From Pseudomonadota bacterium (GTDB taxonomy: Bacteria > Pseudomonadota > Gammaproteobacteria > Steroidobacterales > Steroidobacteraceae), in contig JAPLSH010000014.1 of assembly GCA_026398735.1 (NCBI GenBank), positions 145,697-209,696 of the forward strand: a DNA stretch of 64,000 nt, written 5' to 3'. A program made the translations under genes and the position numbers. A model generated the notes under the pieces. That model saw only the letters and a program-made list of their open reading frames with translations. It was not told where the DNA came from and ran no database searches. Below are positions 26,676-36,381 of this stretch, piece after piece (position 1 is the first letter of the stretch; the number at the start of each line of letters is the position of its first letter).

Positions 26676-27170
26676 ATGCAAAAATTACTCAAAGCGCTGC
26701 ATATCCTGGGGTCGGCAGGAGTCCTCGGGGCATTGCTGGCCTGCCTTGTGCTGGATACCCGCGCGACTACGGCAGACACTGCTGCTGCCGCAGTGCTTCG
26801 AGCGGACATCGCGTTGCTGGTGCGTGTGCTGCTGGTGCCATCGCTTGGGCTGGCGCTGTTCAGTGGTTTGCTGTCCACGGCAATCAACAGTCTTTATCAA
26901 GAGGCGCGCTGGGTGTGGCTCAAAGCCGGCCTTGGCTTGGCGATTTTTGAAGCTACTTTGTTCAGCGTGGGCGCTGGTGCGCGCCGGGCGGCAGAGTTGG
27001 CTGCTGCTGCGGCAGCCGGTCAAGTGGTGACCGTTGAGTTGGCGCAGGTGCTGCGTACCCAGACCCGCGGTCTGTGGTTGCTGGGACTTGTGGCGGTCGC
27101 CAGCACGCTGTTGGCAGTCTGGCGGCCGCGCTTGCGGCGATCGGTCGTTTCTTCCGGAGACAGTACATGA
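26676..27170 (+). CDS. small polytopic membrane protein (about 4 TM)
   Basis: MQKLLKALHILGSAGVLGALLACLVL and three further hydrophobic helices. Start is ATG 26676 or GTG 26652. Stop overlaps the next start (ATGA). Confidence 0.55.
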   Translation: MQKLLKALHILGSAGVLGALLACLVLDTRATTADTAAAAVLRADIALLVRVLLVPSLGLALFSGLLSTAINSLYQEARWVWLKAGLGLAIFEATLFSVGAGARRAAELAAAAAAGQVVTVELAQVLRTQTRGLWLLGLVAVASTLLAVWRPRLRRSVVSSGDST

Positions 27171-27922
27171 CAGACATCCACGTTGAGCATCATCTGGGCT
27201 ATCAGACCTTGATGTTCAATCGACCTGCAAAGCGCAACGCGCTGCACGATCCGATGTATGACGCGCTGCGTCTCGCGTTGGAGCACGGCGAGGCGGATGA
27301 CGCGATCCGCGCCCACGTGCTCATCGGGCATCCGGGAGTGTTCACTGCAGGCAACGACATCAGCGAGTTCGTAGCCAAAGACTGGCAGGCCACTGCGGTG
27401 CAGCCTGTGGTGAGCTTCCTGCGATGTGTGGCGCAACTGCGCAAGCCGCTGTTGGCCGGTGTTGATGGCCTGTGCATCGGCATTGGTACCACGTTGCTGC
27501 TGCACTGCGACTATGTCGTGGCCTCGCCACGTAGTGTATTTCGCACGCCGTTTGTTGATCTGGGCCTGGTTCCCGAAGCAGCCTCGTCGCTGCTGGCGCC
27601 GCGGCTGATGGGTCATGCCCGGGCCTTCGAGTTGCTGTGTCTGGGTGCAAGCTTTGATGCGCCCAAGGCGCTGCAGGCCGGCTTGGTCAACGCGGTTGTC
27701 GCGGAGAGTGAAGTGCTGGCCAGCATCGTCAACGTGGCCGAGGCATTGGCTACCAAACCGCCGCAGGCACTGGCTTTGGCGCGGCGCTTGCTGCGCGGGG
27801 ACCCTGCGCAGGTGTTAGCGCGTATCGATGAAGAGGCGACGTTGTTTGCCCAGCAATTGAGCTCACCCGAAGCTCGACAGTTCTTTCAGCGCTTTCTGGG
27901 CCGCAGTGGTGCGCCGTCATGA
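27167..27922 (+). CDS. enoyl-CoA hydratase/isomerase (crotonase) family protein
   Basis: LMFNRPAKRNAL, FTAGNDISEF, AGVDGLCIGIGTTLLLHCD. Confidence 0.85.
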   Translation: MTDIHVEHHLGYQTLMFNRPAKRNALHDPMYDALRLALEHGEADDAIRAHVLIGHPGVFTAGNDISEFVAKDWQATAVQPVVSFLRCVAQLRKPLLAGVDGLCIGIGTTLLLHCDYVVASPRSVFRTPFVDLGLVPEAASSLLAPRLMGHARAFELLCLGASFDAPKALQAGLVNAVVAESEVLASIVNVAEALATKPPQALALARRLLRGDPAQVLARIDEEATLFAQQLSSPEARQFFQRFLGRSGAPS

Positions 27923-28893
27923 CCGTCTCAGTGCAGATGTTTACGGCTGCCAGTCTCAAAGCCAGTCTGCGGTTGCCGGTAATCGCAGCTCCTATGTTTA
28001 TTGTGTCGGGGCCGGAGTTGGTCATTGCCCAATGCAAGGCTGGCATCGTTGGTAGCTTTCCTGCGCTCAATGCCCGGCCTCAGTCGCAGCTGGATGAATG
28101 GTTGCACCAGATCAGCGAAGAGCTGACTGCCCACGACCGGGCCAATCCGCAGTCACCGGCAGCGCCGTTTGCCGTTAATCAGATTGTGCATCGCAGCAAT
28201 GACCGTCTCGAAAAAGACCTGGAGACCTGCCTGCGTCGTGGCGTGCGTTTGATGATTACGTCGCTGGGCGCACGTGCGGATGTCTATGACGCCTGCCGTG
28301 CGGCAGGCACGTTGGTACTGCACGATGTCATCTCTGACCGCTTCGCCCACAAGGCCATCGAGAAGGGGGCAGGAGGCTTGATCGCAGTGGCGGCAGGTGC
28401 CGGTGGTCATGCCGGTCGCCAATCGCCGTTTGCATTGCTGCAAGAGATCCGCAGTTGGTACGCAGGGCCGCTAGCATTGGCTGGAGCCATTGCCACCGGA
28501 CGGGCGGTGTTGGCTGCCCAAGTGTTAGGCGCCGATTTTGCCTATTGCGGTTCGATGTTTATCGCTGCACAGGAGGCGCGCGCCAGCGCCGCCTATAAGC
28601 AGGGCGTGGTGGATGCGACGGCAGAGGATGTCGTATACACCCGTGCTATTACTGGGGTGCACGGCAACTACCTGCGTCCCTCCTTGGTTGCAGCCGGGCT
28701 CGACCCGGATCAGTTGGAGCAACAGGACCCGCCTTCGATGGACTTTGCCAGTGCGGCAACCGGCGCCAAGGCCTGGAAAGATATCTGGGGGGCCGGTCAG
28801 GGGGTCGGTGCAGTTGCAGCCGTCGAGCCCGTGGCGGCGCAGGTGCTGCGCTTGAGCACCGAATATGCGGCCGCGAGAAGTGCCTTGGGCTGA
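27919..28893 (+). CDS. nitronate monooxygenase (NMO / 2-nitropropane dioxygenase family)
   Basis: LPVIAAPMFIVSGPELVIAQCKAGIVGSFPALN and GGLIAVAAGAGGHAG. 4-nt overlap with the upstream gene. Confidence 0.85.
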   Translation: MTVSVQMFTAASLKASLRLPVIAAPMFIVSGPELVIAQCKAGIVGSFPALNARPQSQLDEWLHQISEELTAHDRANPQSPAAPFAVNQIVHRSNDRLEKDLETCLRRGVRLMITSLGARADVYDACRAAGTLVLHDVISDRFAHKAIEKGAGGLIAVAAGAGGHAGRQSPFALLQEIRSWYAGPLALAGAIATGRAVLAAQVLGADFAYCGSMFIAAQEARASAAYKQGVVDATAEDVVYTRAITGVHGNYLRPSLVAAGLDPDQLEQQDPPSMDFASAATGAKAWKDIWGAGQGVGAVAAVEPVAAQVLRLSTEYAAARSALG

Positions 28894-28943
28894 CCTGGGT
28901 GGGGGGGCTGGGATGTGCACCCATTCCGGTCTAGCATTCGCGG

Positions 28944-31439
28944 ATGAGAAACCGATTCGGATTGATAGGGCTTGGCAGCCTGATGGCTGTCGCGGCATTG
29001 GCAGGCGTGGCGGGCGCTGCGGGCGCTGCGGGCGCTGCGGGCGCGGCGGGCGTCAAAGGCACGCCGGGCGATGCGGATCGTAAGTTCGCGCAACTGGAAA
29101 CCGCTTTGCCGACGCCGGGTGAAACGCGCTCAGCCTCCGGTGCACCGGGTGCACGCTATTGGCAGCAGCGCGCCGACTACCGCATCAAAGTGTCGCTCGA
29201 CGAGAGCAAGCACAGGCTCACCGGCTCCGCGGTCATCAGCTACACCAACCGCTCGCCCGATGCGCTGACCTATATCTGGTTACAGCTGGATCAGAACACT
29301 TTCAAGGATGGATCGGTGTCCCGACTCACCGAGACCACACAAACCACCGGTGCACGCGGTGGTGCAGCCGGTTCCGGTGACAGCGTCAGCTATGGCGCGC
29401 TGCGTCGTCAGCAGGCCTTTCAAGACACGCCCTTTGGCGTGGAGCTCGGTGATGTCACCAGCAACGGTCGCAAGCTGCATACGGCCATCAGTGACACGAT
29501 GGCCCGTGTGGATTTAGAGACGCCTCTGCGTCCTGGCCAAACCATTGCACTGCAGATGAACTGGTCGTTCAACATCATCAACGAGGCCGCGATAGGTGGT
29601 CGCAGCGGCTACGAACACTTCCCTGATAACAACACCTACCTGTACTTCATCGCGCAATGGTTCCCGCGCCTGGTGGCCTATACCGATTACACGGGCTGGC
29701 AACACAAGCAGTTCCTCGGGCGCGGGGAGTTCACGCTTGAATTCGGTGATTATGAAGTGGACATCACCGTGCCGTCAGATCACGTGGTGTCGTCAACCGG
29801 TGTGCTGCAGAACGCTGATGCAGTGCTTAGCGCCGAGCAGCGTGCGCGGCTCAAAAAAGCCGAAACTGCTACTGCGCCGGTGTTCGTTGTAACGCCAGCA
29901 GAGGCTTTGATTGCAGAGAAGGGCAAGCCCTCCGGCACGCGCACCTGGCGCTTCAAGGCACAGAACGTGCGCGACTTTGCTTGGGCCAGCTCGCGCAAGT
30001 TCATTTGGGATGCGATGGGTTACAAGCAAGCCGATGCGCAGGCACCCAAGGTGCTGGCGATGTCGTTCTATCCCAATGAAGCCGAGCCGGTGTGGTCGCG
30101 TTATTCAACGCAGGCTGTTATTCACACACTGGAAAGCTATTCCAAGCTGTCCTTCCCTTATCCCTATCCCACTGCCCAATCGGTCAACACTTGGGATCGC
30201 GGTGGCATGGAATATCCGATGGTCTCCTTTAATGGCTACCGGCCCAGCAAGGATGAGAAGTCGGGCAAGGTCACTTATTCCAGCGACGTCAAATACGGTC
30301 TGATTGGTGTGGTGATCCATGAGGTGGGCCACAACTACTTCCCAATGATCGTCAATTCTGACGAACGCCAGTGGACCTGGATGGACGAGGGCCTCAACAC
30401 CTTTTTGGAATATCAGGCCGAGCTGGCTTGGGAAGACAAATTCCCTGCCTTTGGCAACAAGACCAACGTGCTCGACTTCATTCCTGACTATATGAAGTCA
30501 GCCAATCAAGTGCCGATCATGACCAACTCAGAGTCGGTCGTGCAGTTTGGTCCTAATGGCTACACCAAGCCCACTGCTGCCTTGACGGTGCTACGTGAGA
30601 CCGTCATGGGTCGTGAGTTGTTTGATCATGCGTTTCGCGAGTACGCCAACCGCTGGAAGTTCAAGCGCCCGACGCCAGCAGACTTCTTCCGTACGATGGA
30701 AGATGCCTCAGGCGTGGATCTGGACTGGTTCTGGCGCGGCTGGTTCTATGGCACCGACTATGTCGATGTGGATGTAGCGGCAGTGCGTGAGTACCAGCTC
30801 TCCAGTCAGGACCCTGATAAAGAGTTTCCGCTGGCGCGTGAGCGATTTGCACAGAAGTATCCGCGTGGCCTCGATGAGGAGCGTACTCGTGCTCAGGACG
30901 GACCGAGCAAGGTTGCGCGAGATCCGTCCCTCAAAGACTTTTATAACGAGAATGATGACTTCACGGTCACCAATAAGGACCGTAACGAGTACAAGGAGTT
31001 CAGAGAGAAGCTCAAGCCTTGGGAGCGTGACGCGCTGGATCGCGCGCTTAAAGCCAACGAGTATTTCTACTTCGTAGACTTCCATAATTTGGGTGGCTTG
31101 GTCACACCCTTGCCGTTGACCCTGCACTTTGCGGATGGCAGTAGCGAGTCCTACATCGTGCCTGCAGAGGTGTGGCGCTATGACGCGTCGGCTGTATCGC
31201 AGTTGATCGTGCGTCCCAAGCGCGTGGTTTCGATAGAGGTTGATGCTCGCCATCAAACTGGCGATGCCGATTTCACCAACAACATTTTTCCGCGACGCAT
31301 CACGCCGACCAAACTTGAGGTGTTCAAGGGTAAGTCGCGCGATCGCAACTTGATGCTCGACATGATGACCGAGCTTAAGTCCGACAAGGCTGCGCCCAAG
31401 GATGACGGTGCTGCCGCGCCGCTGAAGTCCGTTCCGTGA
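28944..31439 (+). CDS. secreted M1-family zinc metallopeptidase
   Basis: Gluzincin motif HEVGH-x18-E (VIHEVGHNYF...WMDEGLN). Signal peptide. 831 aa. Confidence 0.9.
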   Translation: MRNRFGLIGLGSLMAVAALAGVAGAAGAAGAAGAAGVKGTPGDADRKFAQLETALPTPGETRSASGAPGARYWQQRADYRIKVSLDESKHRLTGSAVISYTNRSPDALTYIWLQLDQNTFKDGSVSRLTETTQTTGARGGAAGSGDSVSYGALRRQQAFQDTPFGVELGDVTSNGRKLHTAISDTMARVDLETPLRPGQTIALQMNWSFNIINEAAIGGRSGYEHFPDNNTYLYFIAQWFPRLVAYTDYTGWQHKQFLGRGEFTLEFGDYEVDITVPSDHVVSSTGVLQNADAVLSAEQRARLKKAETATAPVFVVTPAEALIAEKGKPSGTRTWRFKAQNVRDFAWASSRKFIWDAMGYKQADAQAPKVLAMSFYPNEAEPVWSRYSTQAVIHTLESYSKLSFPYPYPTAQSVNTWDRGGMEYPMVSFNGYRPSKDEKSGKVTYSSDVKYGLIGVVIHEVGHNYFPMIVNSDERQWTWMDEGLNTFLEYQAELAWEDKFPAFGNKTNVLDFIPDYMKSANQVPIMTNSESVVQFGPNGYTKPTAALTVLRETVMGRELFDHAFREYANRWKFKRPTPADFFRTMEDASGVDLDWFWRGWFYGTDYVDVDVAAVREYQLSSQDPDKEFPLARERFAQKYPRGLDEERTRAQDGPSKVARDPSLKDFYNENDDFTVTNKDRNEYKEFREKLKPWERDALDRALKANEYFYFVDFHNLGGLVTPLPLTLHFADGSSESYIVPAEVWRYDASAVSQLIVRPKRVVSIEVDARHQTGDADFTNNIFPRRITPTKLEVFKGKSRDRNLMLDMMTELKSDKAAPKDDGAAAPLKSVP
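29001..29054 (+). repeat. six tandem copies of a 9-nt unit (three perfect gcgggcgct) encoding (AG[AV])n
   Basis: Codons gca ggc gtg / gcg ggc gct x3 / gcg ggc gcg / gcg ggc gtc give AGVAGAAGAAGAAGAAGV at the end of the signal peptide. Confidence 0.9.
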
Positions 31440-31984
31440 CAGCTCCTGTGCAAAGTCGCCGTCAAGCGCTGAGGCGTTTGGCGGCCTGTGCTGTGGCCCC
31501 GTTGGCGGCCGGGGTTGCGCTGCTGCTGCCAAGTCCAGCACTGGCGCATCGTGCCCATGTGTTGCTTACACGCTTGAGTCACAACTCACAGGCTGGCACC
31601 TGGGAGTTGGTGCACTATCTTCACTATCACGACATGCTGGAGCTGTTGGCGCTGCGAACACCTCAAGTGCGCATCGAGCCTTCATCTGTTGAGGGCCGGG
31701 CTCGTATAGCGCTGGAGGTGGAGCAGCGTGTGAGTCTGCTAGCACCGGATCTGAGCGTGCTGCCAGTGCGAACCGTCGGTGCAGAGACTGATGGCGACAA
31801 CGTGGTGGTCTACCGTGAAGTGCCAGCGCCCAAGGCCGCTGGGCGCTATGACCTGTTGTCGACGTTATTGCTGGATGTGTACCCGGACCAGGTACACAAC
31901 GTTAATGTGGTCTTTGATGCTGCGCCGCAGCTGCTAGCGCTGGATGCAAGTCACCAGCGCGGCACATTTGACTGGCGGGGCTAA
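31436..31984 (+). CDS. exported protein, DUF6702-like (family assignment from memory)
   Basis: Leader SRRQALRRLAACAVAPLAAG..ALAHRAH. GTG start overlaps the M1 peptidase stop (GTGA). Confidence 0.55.
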   Translation: MTAPVQSRRQALRRLAACAVAPLAAGVALLLPSPALAHRAHVLLTRLSHNSQAGTWELVHYLHYHDMLELLALRTPQVRIEPSSVEGRARIALEVEQRVSLLAPDLSVLPVRTVGAETDGDNVVVYREVPAPKAAGRYDLLSTLLLDVYPDQVHNVNVVFDAAPQLLALDASHQRGTFDWRG

Positions 31985-32008
31985 GAGTTAGCCCCGCCAA
32001 GCCTGCCT

Positions 32009-33634
32009 TTACTTGCTGGCAGGCACGCCCGGATAGGGAATGCCCAGCTGCTCCAGATAGCTGTTGTACTTCTTCGGGTCGTAATAGAACTTTTGCATCT
32101 TCGGACGCATTTGATCCATCAGTTCCTTGTTGAGATGCACGCCCGGGGAGTCCTCGGCGGTCAGCACTGGCGTGTACTTAACGTCCTTGGTCTGCACGTT
32201 ATTGAAGTAGTCCTTGGCGTCAGCCAAAAGCTTCGGTGTGGTCATGAGATCCAGCACTGTCATGGCAACGGCCTTGGCACCGGCCACAGCGCCTTTGTGC
32301 GCGATGGGTGTGGTCATGGCCATGGCTGAGGTGACGTGGTGACCGGCCACATTGGGAATGTTGGACGGATAACGGATGGTGATGGTGGGGACCGACCACA
32401 TGATGTCGCCGATGTCATCAGAGCCGCCGCTGCCAGCGTTACCAGTGGGTGCGCGCAGTGGTGTGACTTCGGTGGCCAGCGGCTTGAGATCGCTGCTGCC
32501 GGGACGGCTGAAGTCGACTACCCGGTTGGCCTCGCCGACCATGCGTGCGAAGGCCACATCGTCTGCGCTCCATTTGGGCATGCCGACGGCCTTAATGTTC
32601 TCGTAGGCGGCTTCGGCTAGTGGCTTATTGCCGTAGTTGGGCGCGGCATAACCGAGCACCCGGCGCGTCACCTTAGTTTCGGTAGCCAAGGCGGCAGCTT
32701 CAGAGATGGTATTGCCGGTCTGGTACAGGTTCTTGATTGATTCGAAGTCCTGCTCACGGAAGTAGTACCAGACTGAGGCGACGTCGGGCACCACGTTGGG
32801 CTGGCCGCCACCGTTGGTGATGACGTAATGCGAACGCTGCGTGATGGGCAGATGTTCGCGGCGCATGTTCCAAGCCATGTTCATGATTTCAACGGCATCG
32901 AGCGCGCTGCGCCCCATCCACGGCGAAGCGCCGGCGTGGGCCGAGCGGCCGTTGAAGGTGTATTCGACCGATACCAGGCCGGTGTTGCCACCGGGGCCAT
33001 AGCCGGTGCTGAAGTCGGTGCTGACGTGCGTGAAGATGGTAGCGTCGACGTTCTTGAACAGGCCGTCGCGCACATAAAATGCCTTGGTGGCCAGCAGCTC
33101 TTCCGCCACACCAGGCCAGACCATCAAACGCCCCTTGATGCCGTTCTTTTCCATGACTTCTTTGGTGGACAGCGCAGCGGCGACGATCAGTGGCATGCCA
33201 GAATTGTGACCTTCGCCATGGCCTGGCGCGCCAGCGACCATGGGCTTGACGTCTTTGATACCCGGATACTGCGAGAGTCCCAGCAGTGCGTCGATATCGC
33301 TGCCCAGCGCGATCATCGGGCCGCTGTCGCCCCAGGTGGCAGTCCACGCGGTGGGAATACCGGCTACGCCGCGAGTGACCTTGAAGCCATTCTTTTCGAG
33401 GATGCCGGTGATGTATTCCGACGTTTTGAATTCCTGAAAGCCAGGCTCTGCAAAGCTGAACACCGAGTCGACCATTTCCTGCACAAGCTTGGCGCGCTTG
33501 TCGATGCCGGCCGCAACGGCCTGCTTGAGCTCGGGTGAGGCCTGTGCCTGCGCGGTGGGAGCGTAGGCCTGAAGCAGTGCCGCAACCGTGAAGGCGACGA
33601 GTGTGGCGGGGGCTTTGCCCAAGGGCGTGGTCAT
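32009..33634 (-). CDS. exported M20-family amidohydrolase (AbgB-like)
   Basis: Start taken at MTTPLGKAPATLVAFTVAALLQAYA (ATG 33634, GGGAGA upstream). Block APGHGEGHNSG. 541 aa. Confidence 0.8.
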   Translation of the reverse strand: MTTPLGKAPATLVAFTVAALLQAYAPTAQAQASPELKQAVAAGIDKRAKLVQEMVDSVFSFAEPGFQEFKTSEYITGILEKNGFKVTRGVAGIPTAWTATWGDSGPMIALGSDIDALLGLSQYPGIKDVKPMVAGAPGHGEGHNSGMPLIVAAALSTKEVMEKNGIKGRLMVWPGVAEELLATKAFYVRDGLFKNVDATIFTHVSTDFSTGYGPGGNTGLVSVEYTFNGRSAHAGASPWMGRSALDAVEIMNMAWNMRREHLPITQRSHYVITNGGGQPNVVPDVASVWYYFREQDFESIKNLYQTGNTISEAAALATETKVTRRVLGYAAPNYGNKPLAEAAYENIKAVGMPKWSADDVAFARMVGEANRVVDFSRPGSSDLKPLATEVTPLRAPTGNAGSGGSDDIGDIMWSVPTITIRYPSNIPNVAGHHVTSAMAMTTPIAHKGAVAGAKAVAMTVLDLMTTPKLLADAKDYFNNVQTKDVKYTPVLTAEDSPGVHLNKELMDQMRPKMQKFYYDPKKYNSYLEQLGIPYPGVPASK

Positions 33635-33894
33635 GCGTAGTTCTCCCTGCGTGGACGTTAAAGCATGGGGTGTCGCGCCGTTGGCGCAACAGGCCATGTC
33701 CGCTCGAGCATAACCAATGGGCGGGGTTCGTAAAGCTTCAACCCCGGCAAATAGTGCTTTTTTTAGCGGCTTTTTGATTGGTTTCAGCAACCTGTTAGAG
33801 GGTGAAATGGTAGCGCTGCACAACGCGCCAGCTCCGTGCGACGCGTAGTTAAGTTCCCGCTGCATAGCCTGGCCGTCCACGGCATGATCAGCAG

Positions 33895-34608
33895 GTGATG
33901 AACGACTCTGCAATACCGGCTATCCGTGTTGAGAACCTGCGCTTTGCATGGCCGGGTCAATCACCCGTGCTGGATATTGCTGCCTTGCAAGTGCACCGCG
34001 GCGAGCGCCTGTTTTTGCAAGGGGCCAGTGGCAGCGGCAAGAGCACGCTATTGGGCTTGATGGGGGGTGTGCTGGAGGCCGACGCGGGTCGCATCGATAT
34101 TCTGGGTCAGCCTTTGCAGCAACTGGGTCGTGCGCAGCGCGATCGCTTTCGTGCCTCACACATTGGCTTTGTGTTCCAGATGTTCAATCTGTTGCCGTAT
34201 TTGTCGGTGCTAGACAATGTGCTGCTGCCGCTGCGCTTTTCGCCGCAGCGCTGCGCGCAGGTGGCAAGTACAGGTATGACCGAGACGGCGCAGGCACAGC
34301 ATCTGCTTGCTGCGCTGGGTTTGGCTGATGCGTCGCTGCTGTCGCGCACTCCTGCACAGTTGAGCCAAGGTCAGCAGCAGCGGGTTGCTGTGGCCCGTGC
34401 GCTGATCGGTTGTCCCCCGGTGCTGATAGCAGATGAGCCCACCTCTGCGCTCGACACCGATGCTCGGTCTGCGTTCTTGCAGTTGCTTCTGCACGAATGC
34501 TCCGCCGCCGGCACCACACTGGTGTTTGTCAGTCACGATCGCAGTTTGGCGCCGCTGTTTGATCGTGTGGTGTCGCTGGCCGAGATCAACCGGGTGGTCA
34601 GTTCATGA
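33895..34608 (+). CDS. ABC transporter ATP-binding protein
   Basis: Walker A GASGSGKST, signature LSQGQQQRV, Walker B VLIADEPTSALD. Confidence 0.9.
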   Translation: MMNDSAIPAIRVENLRFAWPGQSPVLDIAALQVHRGERLFLQGASGSGKSTLLGLMGGVLEADAGRIDILGQPLQQLGRAQRDRFRASHIGFVFQMFNLLPYLSVLDNVLLPLRFSPQRCAQVASTGMTETAQAQHLLAALGLADASLLSRTPAQLSQGQQQRVAVARALIGCPPVLIADEPTSALDTDARSAFLQLLLHECSAAGTTLVFVSHDRSLAPLFDRVVSLAEINRVVSS

Positions 34609-35813
34609 TCATCCTGCGCTTGGCACTGCTGAGTTTATGGAATCGCCGTGGCACGGTGGTGCTGACCGTACTGGGCATTGCTGTCAGCGTGGCCTTGTTG
34701 TTGGGTGTCAACACAGTGCGCAATGACCTGCGTACAGGCTTTGCCAACACCATCAGCGATGCGGATTTGATCGTCGGTGCCCGCAGTGGCCCAGTGAATC
34801 TGCTGTTGTATTCAGTGTTTCATCTTGGCGATGCCACCGCCGACGTGTCGTGGCAAACCTATAGCAAGGTGGCGGCTCATCCGCAGGTGGCCTGGACCAT
34901 CCCCTTGGCACTGGGCGATTCGCATCGTGACTTTCGTGTGTTGGGCACGACTGGCGATTACTTCGAGCATTACAAGTACGGGCAGCAGCGATCATTAGCG
35001 TTTACGTCGGGGCGTGGGTTTAACGGCGCAGCCGAGGCCGTGTTGGGCGCAGAGGTGGCGCGGGCGCTGGGCTACCAGCTGGGGCAGTCGCTGGTGCTCT
35101 CGCATGGTTTGGGTGAGGGTGACATTACGCGCCATGAGGGGCATCCGGTGGTGGTGGTGGGCATCCTGCGCCGTACCGGTACACCGGTAGATCGCACTGT
35201 GCACGTCACACTGCAGGCCATCGAAGCGATGCACGCTGGGCCCGGCGCAAGCTTAGAGCCGGAGTCGATCACGGCATTTGTGGTGGGTCTGCGAGATCGC
35301 GTTGCAGCGTTTCAGATCCAGCGCGACATCAACGCTTGGCGAGGCGAGGCACTGCTGGCGATCATGCCTGGTGTAACGCTGCAGCAACTGTGGCAGGTGG
35401 TGGGCTTGGTCGAGACTGCGCTCTATGTAGTAGCGGGTTTTGTGGTGTTCGCCGGCCTGCTCGGCTTGCTTACCGCTTTGCTGACCAGCCTCAACGAGCG
35501 TCGTCGTGAGATGGCTATCGTGCGCAGTGTGGGCGCACGGCCGGCGCATATCGCGGTGCTGCTGATGAGTGAAGCTGGGCTGATCGGATTTGCTGGCGTA
35601 CTGTTGGGTATCGGCTTGTTGCGTGGCGGGTTGTGGTTCGCGGCACCGTTGCTCGAGCAGCGTTTTGGTATTGCATTGGCGGGCGAGGGCGCCGCGCCTG
35701 TCGAGCTGGCGCTGGCTGTTGGTGTGGTGCTGGCTTCAGTGCTCATAGGTGCCGTGCCTGCCTGGCGTGCCTATCGCAATACGCTGGCTGATGGCCTGAC
35801 TTTGCGCGTATGA
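34605..35813 (+). CDS. ABC transporter permease, FtsX-like
   Basis: N-terminal TM, large periplasmic loop, C-terminal 3-TM FtsX block (LNERRREMAIVRSVGA). 4-nt overlap with the ATPase gene. Confidence 0.85.
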   Translation: MIILRLALLSLWNRRGTVVLTVLGIAVSVALLLGVNTVRNDLRTGFANTISDADLIVGARSGPVNLLLYSVFHLGDATADVSWQTYSKVAAHPQVAWTIPLALGDSHRDFRVLGTTGDYFEHYKYGQQRSLAFTSGRGFNGAAEAVLGAEVARALGYQLGQSLVLSHGLGEGDITRHEGHPVVVVGILRRTGTPVDRTVHVTLQAIEAMHAGPGASLEPESITAFVVGLRDRVAAFQIQRDINAWRGEALLAIMPGVTLQQLWQVVGLVETALYVVAGFVVFAGLLGLLTALLTSLNERRREMAIVRSVGARPAHIAVLLMSEAGLIGFAGVLLGIGLLRGGLWFAAPLLEQRFGIALAGEGAAPVELALAVGVVLASVLIGAVPAWRAYRNTLADGLTLRV

Positions 35814-35847
35814 AGTCTGTTGCAGGCGCAGTGACGGGAGTCGATGC

Positions 35848-36366
35848 ATGAAAGCATTCAAAGCCAGTTGGTTGTTGCTGTTGCTGCAAGGCGTTGCGCT
35901 TGCAGCTTCTGGCACTGCACCCGGCAAGCCGCAGGCGCTGCAATGGACAGACTTACTCAGTGAGCAGGAACAGGCCAAAGGCTTGCCGCCACCGTTGCCT
36001 GCCAATCACAACTTTCTCGATGAGGCGCCAGGGCAAGCCTTGGCTCAGCAGTTGTCGTTTACGCCCAATCCGTCTGTAGAGGGCAAGCTGATTAAGCTGC
36101 CCGGCTATGTTGTACCGATCAGTCAGGACGACAAGGGGCGGGTGACGGAGTTCTTTTTGGTGCCGTATTACGGTGCTTGTATCCACCTGCCGCCCCCGCC
36201 ACCCAATCAAGTGGTGTATTCAATACCGGCGCAACCGTTTGCCATCAAGTCACTGACCACGCCCTACTGGATCAGTGGGCCTATGAAGATTGGCAGTAAG
36301 ACCACGCGTCTGGGGGCTGCGGCCTACACGGTTACTGGCAGTACGATTGAGCCCTACAAGAACTGA
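35848..36366 (+). CDS. DUF3299 domain protein
   Basis: Signal peptide. Hallmark block FFLVPYYGACIHLPPPPPNQVV. Confidence 0.7.
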   Translation: MKAFKASWLLLLLQGVALAASGTAPGKPQALQWTDLLSEQEQAKGLPPPLPANHNFLDEAPGQALAQQLSFTPNPSVEGKLIKLPGYVVPISQDDKGRVTEFFLVPYYGACIHLPPPPPNQVVYSIPAQPFAIKSLTTPYWISGPMKIGSKTTRLGAAAYTVTGSTIEPYKN

Positions 36367-36381
36367 CGCGGTGAGCACCGA

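Noticed and set aside
28797-29093. ORF containing RARSARSARSARH repeats, plus the + frame ORF 28865-29083 with GRCGRCGRCGRGGR.
   Set aside because: Both are alternative readings of the 9-nt tandem repeat inside the M1 peptidase gene. This is a short in-frame coding repeat, not a CRISPR array: no spacers, 9-nt unit.
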